A stretch of DNA of 64,000 nucleotides from Monocercomonoides exilis PA203 (GCA_001643675.2 LSRY02000018.1:868001-932000); one strand, 5' to 3'. Shown: positions 38,171 through 50,628, numbered from the stretch's first letter. The notes: generated by a model not told the origin, from the letters alone. Numbers and translations are program-made.

Positions 38171-40239
38171 ATGCATCAAATAAAAAATCCTCCTTCACAA
38201 GTTACAGTTAAACGAAGCAGATGGCTGATTCCTGGTAAAATTCTCTTGTTTATTTTTGCCATTGCTATGATGATTTCCATCAATGTTTCCACTCGTCCAA
38301 AGTCAAGAATCTTGAATAAAGATTCTTTTTTCGTTACTCGTCCTTCACAAACACCTCGTAAAGTTAAGCCTTGGATTTCACGATCAAGTTATGGTATTCA
38401 AATGGTCAAAACATCTTCAAACACATCTCATCTTCTTATGGAAGATGATGATGACGATGACGAATGTGAGATCCCAGACGATCCAAAGGTTGATAAATGC
38501 GCGTACGTTAAAGAAAATTGTGAAGAAGAAGGAGGAGAAGGATTAATCAAATACCTTTTCATGAGATATTGCAGCTTTGATAAAGTTCCTGCTGCATATT
38601 TTGTAATTCTTGTAATATTTTTAATTCTCTATTTCATACTTATGAGCTCAACCGCAGAGCACTATTTTGTTCCTTCATTGCTTTTTATCAGTGATACAAT
38701 TGGACTTTCTGAAAGTATGGCAGGCATCACGTTTCTGGCAATTGGAAATGGTGCCCCAGATATTTTCTCTCAGATTGCTGGTGCTGGTGGAGAATCTTTT
38801 GATATTACGCTTGGTGAGGCAATGGGATCAGGATTATTTGCAATTGCAATTATTGTTGGTTTGGTGGGAATTATCAAGCCGTTCGAAATGTCTGTTGCTT
38901 GCTTCTATAAGGATATTCCTGCATATCTGTTATGTGGCATTTTCCTAATTGTGACTGTAGCAATGGGCCAGTTCACACTCACATTTACCATTTTATTCCC
39001 AGTGCTCTACATTTTGTATGTGATATTTTCTGGCATCTGGGAGTACATCGAGAACAAGCGGAAGAAATTCCGTTTGAGCATGGAAAACTCAACCATCCAA
39101 GAGAAGGACAAAGTCGAAGAGGAGACGCCTCTGTTGAGGAAAGACGGTGACAATACGCCAGTGCAGAACGAAGAGACTGCCATTGAAGACAAAGAGAAGA
39201 AGGCCAACGAGCACAGCCACCACGGCGGAGAGCATGGGGAAGGAGAGCACATCGAGCGGGATTACTCGCAATACAGCACGGGAAAAGCGATTGGGTTGTA
39301 TGTGCTGGACAGTCTGAAGGAGTGGATGCACTGGGACCACCACGGGATCTTTGGGCGCATCATGGCTATTGTTGAGCTGCCCTTCACTTTGGCACGTGTA
39401 GCCACCACGCCGCATATTTCTGAGTCTTCCTGGTCGCGCTCAGTTGTCAATGGCATCTGCACGCCGATTTTGTGTGTGGCGCTGACGGGAGCGTGGGAGA
39501 TGGATCTGGTGGAGGACAAATTTCCCGCCTGGGCAATGGCACTGATTGTGTCTGTGATTATAACTCCTTTGACTGTCTTGCTTGACAGACCGAAGTTCAA
39601 AAGATACACATTTGTGAAGGCGTGTTTCGCACTGTGGGTGTTTGGCATTTCGATCATCTGGCTGAATGCCATTGCAACGGAGCTGGTGTCAGTGCTGAAG
39701 ACGATCGGGTACTTCACTAAAATCTCTGAAGGCGTGCTGTCTGCGACGGTGCTGTCGTGGGGAGCGGCTTTTGAAGACACTGTGGCTAACTTGGCGGTTT
39801 GTTTTCGAATTTTTCATTCTTTTATTTTATTATAATTATTATTTCAACCTATTTTCAAAATCACTTATTCCCCATTTTAATTAATGCATTTATTTATTTA
39901 TTTTTCATTTTCAATCAGGTTGCAAGGCAAGGCCGTCCCATGGCAGCAGTCGCTGCGTGCTATGCAGGTCCTCTTGTCAACTCGTTCATCGGAATGGCTC
40001 TGTCCTCAATGATTTTCTTTGTGAAGAACAAATCCATCTCCCCAATCCCCTTCAAAAGAGGCGGAAACTCATTTCTCGTGTCTGGGTGTATTGTGCTGTG
40101 TCTTGTGCTGACGTTTGTTGTTGGCCTGATCCGGAAGAGGAAGATTGAGAGGTGGTTCGCCATTACGCTGTTTGTGTTCTATGTGTTGTTCACTGCATTC
40201 GTCATTATGATCGAGTCGAAAGTGTTTGGGGATATATAA
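38171..40239 (+). CDS. Cation/Ca2+ exchanger, CCX (NCLX/Ecm27-like) family; exons 38171-39796 and 39919-40239
   Basis: Alpha-1 repeat AGITFLAIGNGAPDIF (CCX signature GNGAPD); alpha-2 region TVLSWG...ARQG.PMAAVAACYAGP; multiple hydrophobic helices. Confidence 0.9.
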
Positions 40240-41194
40240 CACACAAAGTGGAATTAAAAAAAAAAATAAAAAAGAATTTTTTTTTTTTTTTAAATTGCAA
40301 TTATTACTATTACTATGGCTATTTCTGTAACTATTTCTATAAACTTTACTGCTGTTTCTATTTCTTTTATCATTGCTAACAAATGAAAGATTTTTAAAAG
40401 TGTTATAAATATTTTTAAATTTTTGTTTTTTATTTTATTTTATTTTATTCTTTTTCACTTTGATGACTTTCCATGTTGACATGTTGGAATTGGTTGGTTT
40501 CTATGCTTTACAGAATTGGCGTTGTCTTCTTTGTCTGCAAAAAAACTTATTTTTTTCGAATGATTCTTTATTTTTTTCTCTCTGTCTTATTTTTATTCTT
40601 TTATTTTATTTTCAATAATATTTTTTTTTCATTCATTTTTTATATACATGCTATTTTTTCTCTATAAAAAGGATAATTTGAATTTTTGAATGTTATTTTT
40701 CAAAAAGAAAAAAAAAATACTTTATCTTTTTTAATTTTTTATTCAATTTACACTCAGATTTCTATTTTATGCTTTTCAATTCTGTTCAGCGATTCTTATC
40801 GCCTTCTTACTAATCTAATGATATAAATTCATCTTTACGAGAGACGTATCTCTTTTATCGCTCTTAAATGCCCTTCATTTCGCATGACTCACTTTCTTTT
40901 TATTTTATAAAAATATTTATGACGAGCGAATTTTCACTTTATAATTTTTGAATTTTTTACAAAAACGACTTCAAGAATTTTTTTAAGAAATGCACATGAA
41001 GAATTGGACGAAAAATGTTCTTGCGAATTCTTATAATTATTTCATGGCATTTCTCTTTGGAAGAATTATTCACTTCTATCATAAATAAAAAACTGTTTTT
41101 TCAATAAATCATAATGGGAAGAACAAATTAATTTTTGTTTTTATGCAATAAATAACGAGAAAGGGCAACGTTCGCGCATTAACACATTTGAAAA

Positions 41195-44101
41195 ATGTCA
41201 TTTTCGTTCGATGTTAACGATTATTCTCCTTTACAAAATCCATTTAATTCTTTGTCAAACATTTCTTCTTATGAACCATCGACTCTGTTTAATAGCAAAA
41301 AATACACATTTAAATCACATAAACCTCCTATCATAACTTCATCAAATGAGCACGAGCAAACAGATAACTACAATTCCAACTCTGCTTACGCTTCTAAGCG
41401 TTCAGATTCAGTTGGCTCAATCAATTCCTCCTTTTCATCCGTTTCCTCTTCATCAAGGACTCATTTGTTTCACCCAGGATTAAGCGATACTCCATCGGAT
41501 GTTAATTCTTCATTTCCTTTATCTGCTCCTGCGTCTTCAAATGTTTTACTTTCAAATTCGTCATTTCATCCTTCTTCACCGTATCTTCCTCAAAGATTCT
41601 ATTCTCGTCGAAGACGAAAAAGCAATCCACTAAAGGTTATTTCACAGAGTTTACAGCAACAAGCAAATGCTTCTCCTTCTGAGTCACAAGATGCTTCTAT
41701 TCCATCAGAATCATTTCATATCTCTGAATCTTCAACTCCTTCAACAAATGTCACACCGCGCTCCACTTCTCCTAACGTTTCATCCTCCTGTATTTTAATG
41801 AAATCTTGCCAATCTTCTGCAACTCCAAATCAAGATACATCGTCAATTCATTTGTCAAAAGATATTTCCGAAATTCCCATCACATCGAAACGATCATATG
41901 TTAAACCTTTCACGCCACCTTCTTTAACACTAAACGCAACTTCTTTATATACTTCTTCATTTCAACCAAAAGGTTTTATGATGCCAATTGGCGATTCCCC
42001 TCAATGCACGCAATCAATTTTACGTTCAAATTCACTTTTTTCAATTGATCCTGCGGTTACCTTCGAAAAGATTGATCTTGCACTTGGTGCTGATGCTGAG
42101 CTCAAGCAAGCAGTGACAATGACGTCTCAGAGCGAGTGGACAGCACAACTTAGAGGATTAACAATCATTGTGAATGTTGCCAGAGAATGTGGCAGTGAAA
42201 TGCGCGCTTTATCAACCAATGTCCATTCTGTTGTGCTGGCCATTGTGCCTCTTATTGAAAGCCTGCGTTCTCAGCTGGCGCGTGCTGCACTGGCAGCGCT
42301 TTCCGAGCTGTTTCTGAGGCTGGGGCGATGGCTGGATGGGGAAGTTGAGACAGTACTTCGCGTTTTGATGAAGAAAGTTCTGGAGACGAATGGATTTATC
42401 GGTGCTGGTGTTGACTCTGTGCTGGGTGCAATGTGTTCTGTCAATCACGCCTCTGTTCTCAGAAACCTGCCAAAACTGTGGCTGTTCAAAACGCACAAGG
42501 CTGTTGCTGTGAGAATGCGGGTGTATCGGTTCACTGCTTACGGCCTATCGAGACTACCGCTTCCTGATGCTTCATTGACTGCACCAGTCACTTTGGAGAG
42601 AAATTACTTGGAATTGTCTCAAAACAGAAGATTGTCCCTTGATTCGGTGATGGTTGGTCCTTCATCAAGGAATAGTTCTTTTGATGATATGGCATCTTCT
42701 TCTTCTTCTTCTTCAATGAAACAAGAATATGGAGAAGATTCAACACAAACGCCGAAATTTTCAAGAAGAAAAAGCTGTGAGAAAATTTCATCGGTTGTTT
42801 TCTCCCATTCTTCGGTGAGTCCAGTTCCAACGATTACACAATTCAGACAAAAAGAAGTGCCATGTACCTCAACCTCAGCAATTGCTTCACGTGTTTCAAC
42901 GCCTTCTTCCCCCTTTTCCACTCCTCGTCTGACACCTTCCCGCTCCCGCCTTCGAACTCGTTCTATTCAGTTTCGCACTGACTGCTCATCAAAAGACAAG
43001 AAGTTTGATCTGAGCAGAGGAATAGATCTCCTCCAATGGCCTAGCATGCAGCAACTGATGGAAGTGGTGTGCAAAGGAATTCAGGATGCAAATGCAGATT
43101 GCAGAGAAGAAGCGAGGAGGGCTGTGTTTGAAATGCTGAAGAGAACTGGGTGGATGCGTGTTCATGGAGAGAAAAGTGAAGGAAGAAGGGAATCAGAAAA
43201 GGGAAAAGAAGATGGGCAAGACAATTTGGAGGGGAAAGATGAAGTGAATGAAATTTTTGATAAAGAATGTCTTGTGAGGTTCAAGCCAGTTGACAGCTGG
43301 GCTCAGAAATTCATAACTAAGCCAGACGATTGTGCTTCTTTTATGAAAGTTGTGACAGCAGTTCAAACAGAACCCGACAAATACAATGTGTACAGCAATG
43401 TCGCATCATCAGCTTTGCCGTCTGCAATAAACAGGTCTTCGAGGGCAGCATCGTTTGACTTGCAAACCGAAAAAATGAATGATGATGCTTCGCGTTCTTC
43501 GCCTTTTTGGATTGAAGATGATGTGATTGAGAAGGACAAAGCAGCAGTGCAACGAACTGGCTCATATTATGAGAGAAGAAAGACAATTGGGGGTGATTTG
43601 TGCAGATACGTTGATGCAGAAGCAAGGAAGCCAGGAGAAAGAAAAAGAGTTGTGAAGTTTGCAAGTGGTTGTTCAGAAAAGTTATGCAATGAGAAACTAT
43701 CGAAAGACGCTGGGTTTGCTGTTGAGTCTCGTCAAAATAGAAAAGAATCAGAGATGTTTCAAAATCCTTCATCTTCTCCTTCAAATGCTTCTCCTTCGAC
43801 TTCAGCTGATCGTTTAACTGTTTATTCTCCTGCCGAGCCAATTGAGATGAAAAATTCGTTTTCGTCATTGCATTCTTCTTCTTCTTCTTCTTCTTCTTCT
43901 TCTTCTTCTTCTTCTTCTTCAACATGTCAAAAATCATCTTCTTTGATATCGTTTGCAAAGGATCGCCTTGCTTATTCGCCTTCTCAGATGACATCTGCTG
44001 CTATTTGTGAGTCATTTCCTAGAAACAAATGGAATGAAGGAAAAAGGGAGAGAAATATCGAAAAGAACAATTTGATGAAGAAAGAAGAAAAGATCGAATA
44101 G
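41195..44101 (+). CDS. TOG/CLASP_N HEAT-repeat microtubule-binding protein, TOGARAM/crescerin-like
   Basis: EW..QLRGL, LIESLRSQLARAALAALSELF, KKVLETNGFI and KGIQDANADCREEARRA match TOG HEAT repeats. Intronless 968-aa ORF. Confidence 0.8.
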   Translation: MSFSFDVNDYSPLQNPFNSLSNISSYEPSTLFNSKKYTFKSHKPPIITSSNEHEQTDNYNSNSAYASKRSDSVGSINSSFSSVSSSSRTHLFHPGLSDTPSDVNSSFPLSAPASSNVLLSNSSFHPSSPYLPQRFYSRRRRKSNPLKVISQSLQQQANASPSESQDASIPSESFHISESSTPSTNVTPRSTSPNVSSSCILMKSCQSSATPNQDTSSIHLSKDISEIPITSKRSYVKPFTPPSLTLNATSLYTSSFQPKGFMMPIGDSPQCTQSILRSNSLFSIDPAVTFEKIDLALGADAELKQAVTMTSQSEWTAQLRGLTIIVNVARECGSEMRALSTNVHSVVLAIVPLIESLRSQLARAALAALSELFLRLGRWLDGEVETVLRVLMKKVLETNGFIGAGVDSVLGAMCSVNHASVLRNLPKLWLFKTHKAVAVRMRVYRFTAYGLSRLPLPDASLTAPVTLERNYLELSQNRRLSLDSVMVGPSSRNSSFDDMASSSSSSSMKQEYGEDSTQTPKFSRRKSCEKISSVVFSHSSVSPVPTITQFRQKEVPCTSTSAIASRVSTPSSPFSTPRLTPSRSRLRTRSIQFRTDCSSKDKKFDLSRGIDLLQWPSMQQLMEVVCKGIQDANADCREEARRAVFEMLKRTGWMRVHGEKSEGRRESEKGKEDGQDNLEGKDEVNEIFDKECLVRFKPVDSWAQKFITKPDDCASFMKVVTAVQTEPDKYNVYSNVASSALPSAINRSSRAASFDLQTEKMNDDASRSSPFWIEDDVIEKDKAAVQRTGSYYERRKTIGGDLCRYVDAEARKPGERKRVVKFASGCSEKLCNEKLSKDAGFAVESRQNRKESEMFQNPSSSPSNASPSTSADRLTVYSPAEPIEMKNSFSSLHSSSSSSSSSSSSSSSSTCQKSSSLISFAKDRLAYSPSQMTSAAICESFPRNKWNEGKRERNIEKNNLMKKEEKIE

Positions 44102-44370
44102 TTTTACAAGAAAGAAAAAAGGAAAGAAAATTTGAATTCTGTTTGTTATGAACCAACAACTTTTCTTAATGAAGAAACTTGCAAAATATACAGAGATGAT
44201 AACAGGTGATCTTTTAAATTATTGTATTTGCTATAAAGGAAATATCAAAGATTGTGCTTCATTGAACAGCTCAAATGATGAAAGGAAATCAGGCAATTTC
44301 TTTCAAAGCAATGAGAGAGATGTTGATAGTCGTAAAGCGAGCATATGAAAGAACTTTTGAAGGGATTTTT

Positions 44371-44427
<57 letters not shown>

Positions 44428-45250
44428 GATGTGTATTAGTTTTTGTTTTCCATAAAAAATAAAATGTTGTTCAATGGATTTTAAAATTCCAAATAATATT
44501 TTGGAATAATTAAATTTTTATTTGATTAGCATATCTTTGTGAAGATAATAATATTGCTTTCGTTTTCTTTGAAATTTTCTGCATTTTAAAAAATTTTGGA
44601 TCGTGATCTTTTGTTATTTTAATAAAAAAGAAAGAAAAATAATCTATCTGATGAATATTTTTCAAGATTATGCTGAAGCTGTAATTTATAAGTGGAATAT
44701 TTTTTGTTTTGTGACAGTTATTTTCAAATCTTTCAATGACTTTTTGCGCCTTCAATAATTATGGAACATAATCAGAATTAGATTTTTCCTTATTTGGTTT
44801 TCGTTGAAATTTTCTGACTGATACGATTGAAATTGTTATTGATATGGGAGAAAATACGGACTTTCAAGCTTTTTATGCACAAAGTATGAAAAAATTGCTT
44901 CACTCTTAACTTTTGATCGCTTTCTCAGATTTAAAAATAAATTGAATTTTAATATTTGTAACAAGTATCGCTGATGTCAAAACATTAAGTTTTCCAACAT
45001 TTTACGAATGTCAAAAAATGGATTCATTTTTATTGAATTTTTTGATCTCATGAAGTTCATCCAAGGAACAAAAATTTTCTATGAAAACACTTGAAGTGAT
45101 TGATTTTGTCCTAAGTCAAATTTTTATCTTTCGCGTATCATGGTAATCACATCTGTGAATTGTTGGATACGGACGTATTCACCAAAAAAAGAAAAAAAAA
45201 ATTAATAAAAGAAAAAGAAAGAAAGTTTTTTTTCCCCAAAATTTTCATCT

Positions 45251-45951
45251 AAAATAATTCTAATTCGGAAAAAAATAACTTAGATTCGGTATTAATATTT
45301 CAATTTCGAAAAAGAATAATTCGATTTCGAAATTCATTTAAAACAGAAAATCAAAAAAAAATTTTTTGGATGGATTTCGGAAAACGTCAAGGAATTTTTA
45401 ACCAGTCAAATATTTAAACTTAAAAAAAAAACTGATTTTTTAAATTGAAACAATCAATAAATCTATTTTTTTTCAAAAATCATCACTCTGTTGATAAATT
45501 ATATGCAAATAATCCATTATTTTAAACAAGCTTAAGGAAATAGTGAATTTTCAATCACATTTATTGAATTTCAAAAGACAAATATTTTTTACCGATAATT
45601 TTTTTGTTTCTTAAGTGAAATTTTGATAAACTTGAATTTTCAAAAAATGAAAATGAATTCATATTCTTTTCAAATAATAACATTTTCAATCAAATTGAAT
45701 GAATTTTTTAAAAGGAAATGCATCATTTTTTAAATATTCAAGAACAAAGTGTGCTCACGAGATAAAAATCAAGAGAATGTTTACAGCAAAACGTATGTTA
45801 TTAATTCCACAAATCAAAAAATTTTCATTTCGAAATCTAATTATTCTTTTTCGAAATCGAATTAATAAATTACGAATTTGAATTTTTAATATTCGATTTT
45901 GTATAATTATTTCCGAAATCGCGTTATTTTTTTTCGAAATAGAATTATTTT
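45251..45951. mobile_element. MITE/foldback-like non-autonomous element with bipartite inverted repeats
   Basis: 45251-45279 matches the reverse complement of 45923-45951 at 27/29; 45303-45333 matches the reverse complement of 45827-45857 at 30/31. Interior is AT-rich and non-coding. Confidence 0.6.
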
Positions 45952-48614
45952 TGGTATAAATGATTCAAAAACAATTATGAGAAATAAAACTGTTTGATTA
46001 ATTCGATAACTTTTAGAAGCAAAACGTTGAAAAGAAAAACGGAAAGGATTCAAAAGTTTTGAAGAAAATGAAAACAGTCTCAGAAAACGCAGAAAAACTG
46101 AAAGGCAACCAAAGCTTGGAAAGCATTCGGTTCTGAGAAAGGAATAAGTGGGAATATGTTATTTTCAAAAAAAAGAAAAAAAATATTTCAGAAATTATGA
46201 TTTTGACTTTGTTTTTTATTGAGAAAAAAATTTTTTTTATGGATGATTTTCATGTAATTTTTTGTGTCCGAAAAAAAAAAAAAAAAAAAAAGACAAACAA
46301 AAAAATAACTCATCCCTTTTAAACTTCAATAATATTATGCATTTGAAAAAATAGAATTCTTTATGATCTATTTACGCAGCGATAATCAAATATCAACACA
46401 AAAAACCGCTTCCAGTTGCAAAACTCAATAACCTTTCCAATAATAATATGAAATTCCGGAACAATTGACAATGCTTATAACATATGGCTTCTTTTCATCA
46501 GTCAGAACATAATCATTAACAACAGAGGATATGATTTCGACACCTGTAAAAAACCACAACAGATCCTACGTGCAACCATTAAGTTTGCTTTCTATAACTT
46601 CTCCCTCATCAAACATGGATTCAAAATCAACCTCAACTTTACTTTTACCCTCTCCCAGCCACTCACTTTCTTGGTGCATCATACAAAAATCACAGGCAAT
46701 TATGAGCTTTTTGATCATCAATAAAATTAATTCAAATTTTCTATCCTTATTCACTTTTATGATTGAACGCGAAACATCTTTTCTCAAGCGTTTTCTCTTC
46801 TGGCTTTATAACTTTCAATCAACTTATCAAAATTTCAGAATGGATGTTTCAGTGTTCTCTCAATCAGAAGGGAGTTTTGCATTTATATTTCGTCTGAACC
46901 CACAAATTGTTTATTTCAACATTGTTTTTTGGATCAATATGACAGAACACCTTCTATTGAACAACTTTTAAAAGCGCTCATCTTCATCTGACCATTTGCG
47001 CACAAAAAATAATCAAAATAGGAGATTATTTCCCTTCCAAGCTTCAGAGATAATGCAATGAAAGATCAACAATACTTAAAAAAGAATGTAAATCACATAT
47101 TTTGTTATCTTGCTATCTGAAAATTGAGTATATGCATTTCAGATATTAAAGAAGGAAAGAGTTCATTCATAAATTCTTCGTGAAGGGAACAGAAAGTTCA
47201 AAGTATTAACCTAGCGGCTAAAAGATCTCTCTATCTTCGCGTCGGATAGATGGATAAATTCCTGTTAAGTTGACATTTGCCCAATGATTGTCGCGAATAT
47301 ATTTTTTGGAAATGGATCATTTGTGGGTGATGAAGATGAAGTTAGAAATGTGTAAATAATTAATAACAATGAATCAAACAAAGCGTTGAGATTTCGAAAT
47401 ATCAAATGACAGTGCACGAAATGTTTCTTTTGATAACAAAGTTTATAATAGAAAAATGAATGGTTACGAGTTATTCAAAAATCTTTCCTTTCATCCTCAT
47501 AAGCAATCTTGTCACCAAAATTACTAACATGCAATTGAAGAATCTGTGAAATGTCCATTGAATATCAATCCATCATCTATGAAGTCTCAGAATGAGAATC
47601 CAAATGATAATTCATTCATATAAAATAGAAACTGATATGTAGAATGAATTCATTTTATTGATATTGCATCCTTGTAGTTTGGACAAAGAGAAAAACGGTT
47701 CATATTTTTTCCTGCCTGGTTGATACTCATGAAGTTGCTTTCGCCAAATTCCTCTTCAAATCTCTTTTTATCGTAAAGCAAACGACTTGAAGCATTCAAA
47801 AATGATCCAATAAATTGATCAAAAATTTGCGTGCATCTGTGGTTGATTAAATGATCTTGAAACGTTGAGTGTTTGCTATCGGAGCCTTATTTTAAAAGCA
47901 ATCTTTCAGTTATCTATTTCAAATGGCCAAAACAGTTTTTGCACCAGGCCTCAAAAATTTGTTTTCTGCTATTTGATTTATTTTCATATTTATTCATCAA
48001 TGAATTTGCTGATCAATTCAATTAAATTTTCTAATTTTAAAATTCATTCATATTCAACATTCCCATGAGTCATCAAGAATGAAATTTATGAGTATGCAAA
48101 TCATAAACAATTCATATTCTTCAAATATCCTATAACAAACTCTTCCAACTTTCCTTCAGAATTGAAGCCTCTAAATGAAACAAAGACGAACTCTTCCAGA
48201 ATAGGATATGCCAGTTTCCCTTTCTTGTAAATGGAATTACATTATCTTCTTTGAAACATATCCAATTTCAAAAATTTGGAAACAACTACCTAAATTATGA
48301 GTTCTCAGAAAACCGTTTTCCACAAATTCAAACAATACTGTTGGTTTGATCAAAAAGAAACATAAAACAAACATTTCGAGACTTTTACAGCTTGACAAAT
48401 ACTATAAAACACTTCCTTTTTTATTAATTATCGTTATGCAAAAGATCTGGTGCTAATTTTTTTTTATTTTCTATCTGCAAAACAATAAAGATTGTTTGTG
48501 TTTATTGTTTCTTTTATTAAACTTAAAACTTTACCAAGCATATTTAACATTTTTTTTGCGATAACAATGGAAGTCAGCGAAAACGGAAAACAAAGGGCAG
48601 AATATTCGAAGATA

Positions 48615-50628
48615 GGGTTAAAATTTTATCTCGACCTTTTTTTTTTATCTTGACCTTTTTTTTAATTAATCATTAACTTTTCCCACAATTTCATATTTTT
48701 AAAGATTTTTAAGTATATATATGAATTCAATAGATAAAAATAAATACATTTTGAAACAAACCCAATTTCGCATGGGGGGGGAGATGGGGGGGTTTAGCCC
48801 CTTCATTGAACTTCTGTGTGGAACTGGAGGGTTGCATGGGGCATAAAACATTCAGTTTGTTTTAATGTTGTTTTTCGATTTTTTTTTTTTTTTTCATTTC
48901 ATTTCAATTTAAAAAATAAAAAATTATTATGATCTTAAAAATATTATTAAAAAAATGAAATTTTCTACAGAAACAAAATTTAAAGAAGGTCAGAAAAAAC
49001 TGCAGCGTGCAATGTCTTCGCATAAAAACAAGAAGCATTACATTCGGCTGGAGCGAATGGCTCACATCGTTGTAGATGGAGTAGTTATCATTACGGATGC
49101 TATATATTCCAAGAGATTCAGCTGCACAGGGATTAAGAATGCAGTTAGAGCGCTGAGAAAAGGAAGGCTGGTTGGAAAAGTTGGCAGACCTGCAGCAGTG
49201 GTGGGCGAAAAGGAACAAAGAGTAATGGATATTATTCACATTGAAGCAGAGTGTGGCACATGTTTTCCTTTAAAAAAAACAAAAGAATTAGTTTGTTATA
49301 TTTTTATTAATTTTTTTTTTAATTATTTGTTTTTCAGATAGAAAATGTAATAAACGACAACGATGATGAAGACGCACAATTTACCGAAGTTTCAATGTCA
49401 GCCACATATGGCTTTGTCAAGCGTCATCCTGAGCTGATGACTGGAACGCCGAAGAATCTGGACATCAACAGACTGGCTGTTTCGTGCAGAAGTGTTTTAA
49501 AACCCTGGTACAAAACACTCGACGAGCTGCACGAAAAATACCATTATAATCCTGCTTTAATTATAAACATCGACGAATCTTCAACGCGCGTTCCCACAGA
49601 CTCAAAACAGCTAGTTGTGCATACAACAGACACAAAAGCAGGTTTCACGAAAGAACCACCAAGAATGATAAATTCTTCATTCGTGGCAGCTGTTGCAGCG
49701 GATGGAAATACCTTTCCTTCTGTCATTATGTGGCCAAGAGCAAAGCCGCCAGAAGAGCTGAAAAGCCTGTTATCTCCAACGCTTGAGATATGGGCAAATG
49801 GAAGCGGCTGGATGGATAACGAGTGCTTTGAAAGGTATGCTCTCACCATTCTTCTACCTTCCATCATCGAAAGAAGAAAGCGCATGTCACTTGAAAACGA
49901 ACACATTCTTCTCCTTCTTGATTCGCATGCATCTCGCGCAGATCCATCGATCTGGCGAGAATTCCAAAAACAACAAGTCGACGTTTTAACCTTCGGACCA
50001 CACAGCACACACCTCTGTCAGCCGTTAGACAGAGGAGTGTTTGCTGTATTCAAATCTGAACTGACAAACAGATTTGAGGCTCCCTCTTCTTCTTCATCTT
50101 CCTCCAAACGATCAGAAATTTCCGACATTCTGCCTCAAGCCATCCACACGGCATTACCTCCTTCTGTCATTCAAAAAGCATTTGCATGCAGTTGTGTTCT
50201 TCACAATTCTTCTGGACCAGTTCTTTTGAAACTGTCCGAATCTTCAATTTGCCCTCTTCCATCTCACATAAACAGGTTTTACTAATATGGAAAAGTGATA
50301 TCCGAAGAAAATCTTTTAGAGAAATGGGAAAATCATTTGAAAATGAATATTGAAAGGAAAAATGAAATGGATGAAAAGGAGAAAGGCGAAGTGAGACTGT
50401 GGTGGATAAACAGAAAAAAGAATAAAGAAAATTTCTCCACGTTAAAAACGATGATTCTGACGATGAAAAGAAAGATCATGCATTAAATCGAGGTGAAGGA
50501 AAAAGGAAAGTTATCAGAAGTATTTATTCTGATTTTGTTTTCTTTTTATTATGTTGTTTTTTTGAATTTTTTCACTTCATTTTTTTGTGTCAGAATGAAG
50601 AAAAAGGGTCAGGATTAAATAACAACCC
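48615..50628 (+). mobile_element. Tc1/mariner-superfamily DNA transposon, pogo/Fot-like (DD35D), ~2.0 kb
   Basis: Imperfect 28-bp TIRs (48615-48642 vs 50601-50628, 21/28), TA on both sides (48613-14, 50629-30), DDE_1 transposase inside. Confidence 0.8.
48955..50285 (+). CDS. DDE_1 (pogo/Tc5/Fot-type) transposase; exons 48955-49290 and 49338-50285; probably truncated at the C-terminus by a premature TAA
   Basis: Catalytic triad NIDES / LLLDSH / QPLD with 35-residue spacing between the last two Asp; SGWM motif; phase-0 GT-AG intron 49291-49337; the same frame stays open past the TAA to 50486. Confidence 0.85.

Noticed and set aside
38171-40239. NCLX-like gene as evidence for a mitochondrion
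   Set aside because: CCX family members in fungi and plants are endomembrane proteins, so family membership does not imply a mitochondrial location.
44378-44426. Long poly(T) tract (also poly(A) at 1217-1251) as a retroposon tail
   Set aside because: No TSD or element body identified; homopolymers are common in this AT-rich DNA.
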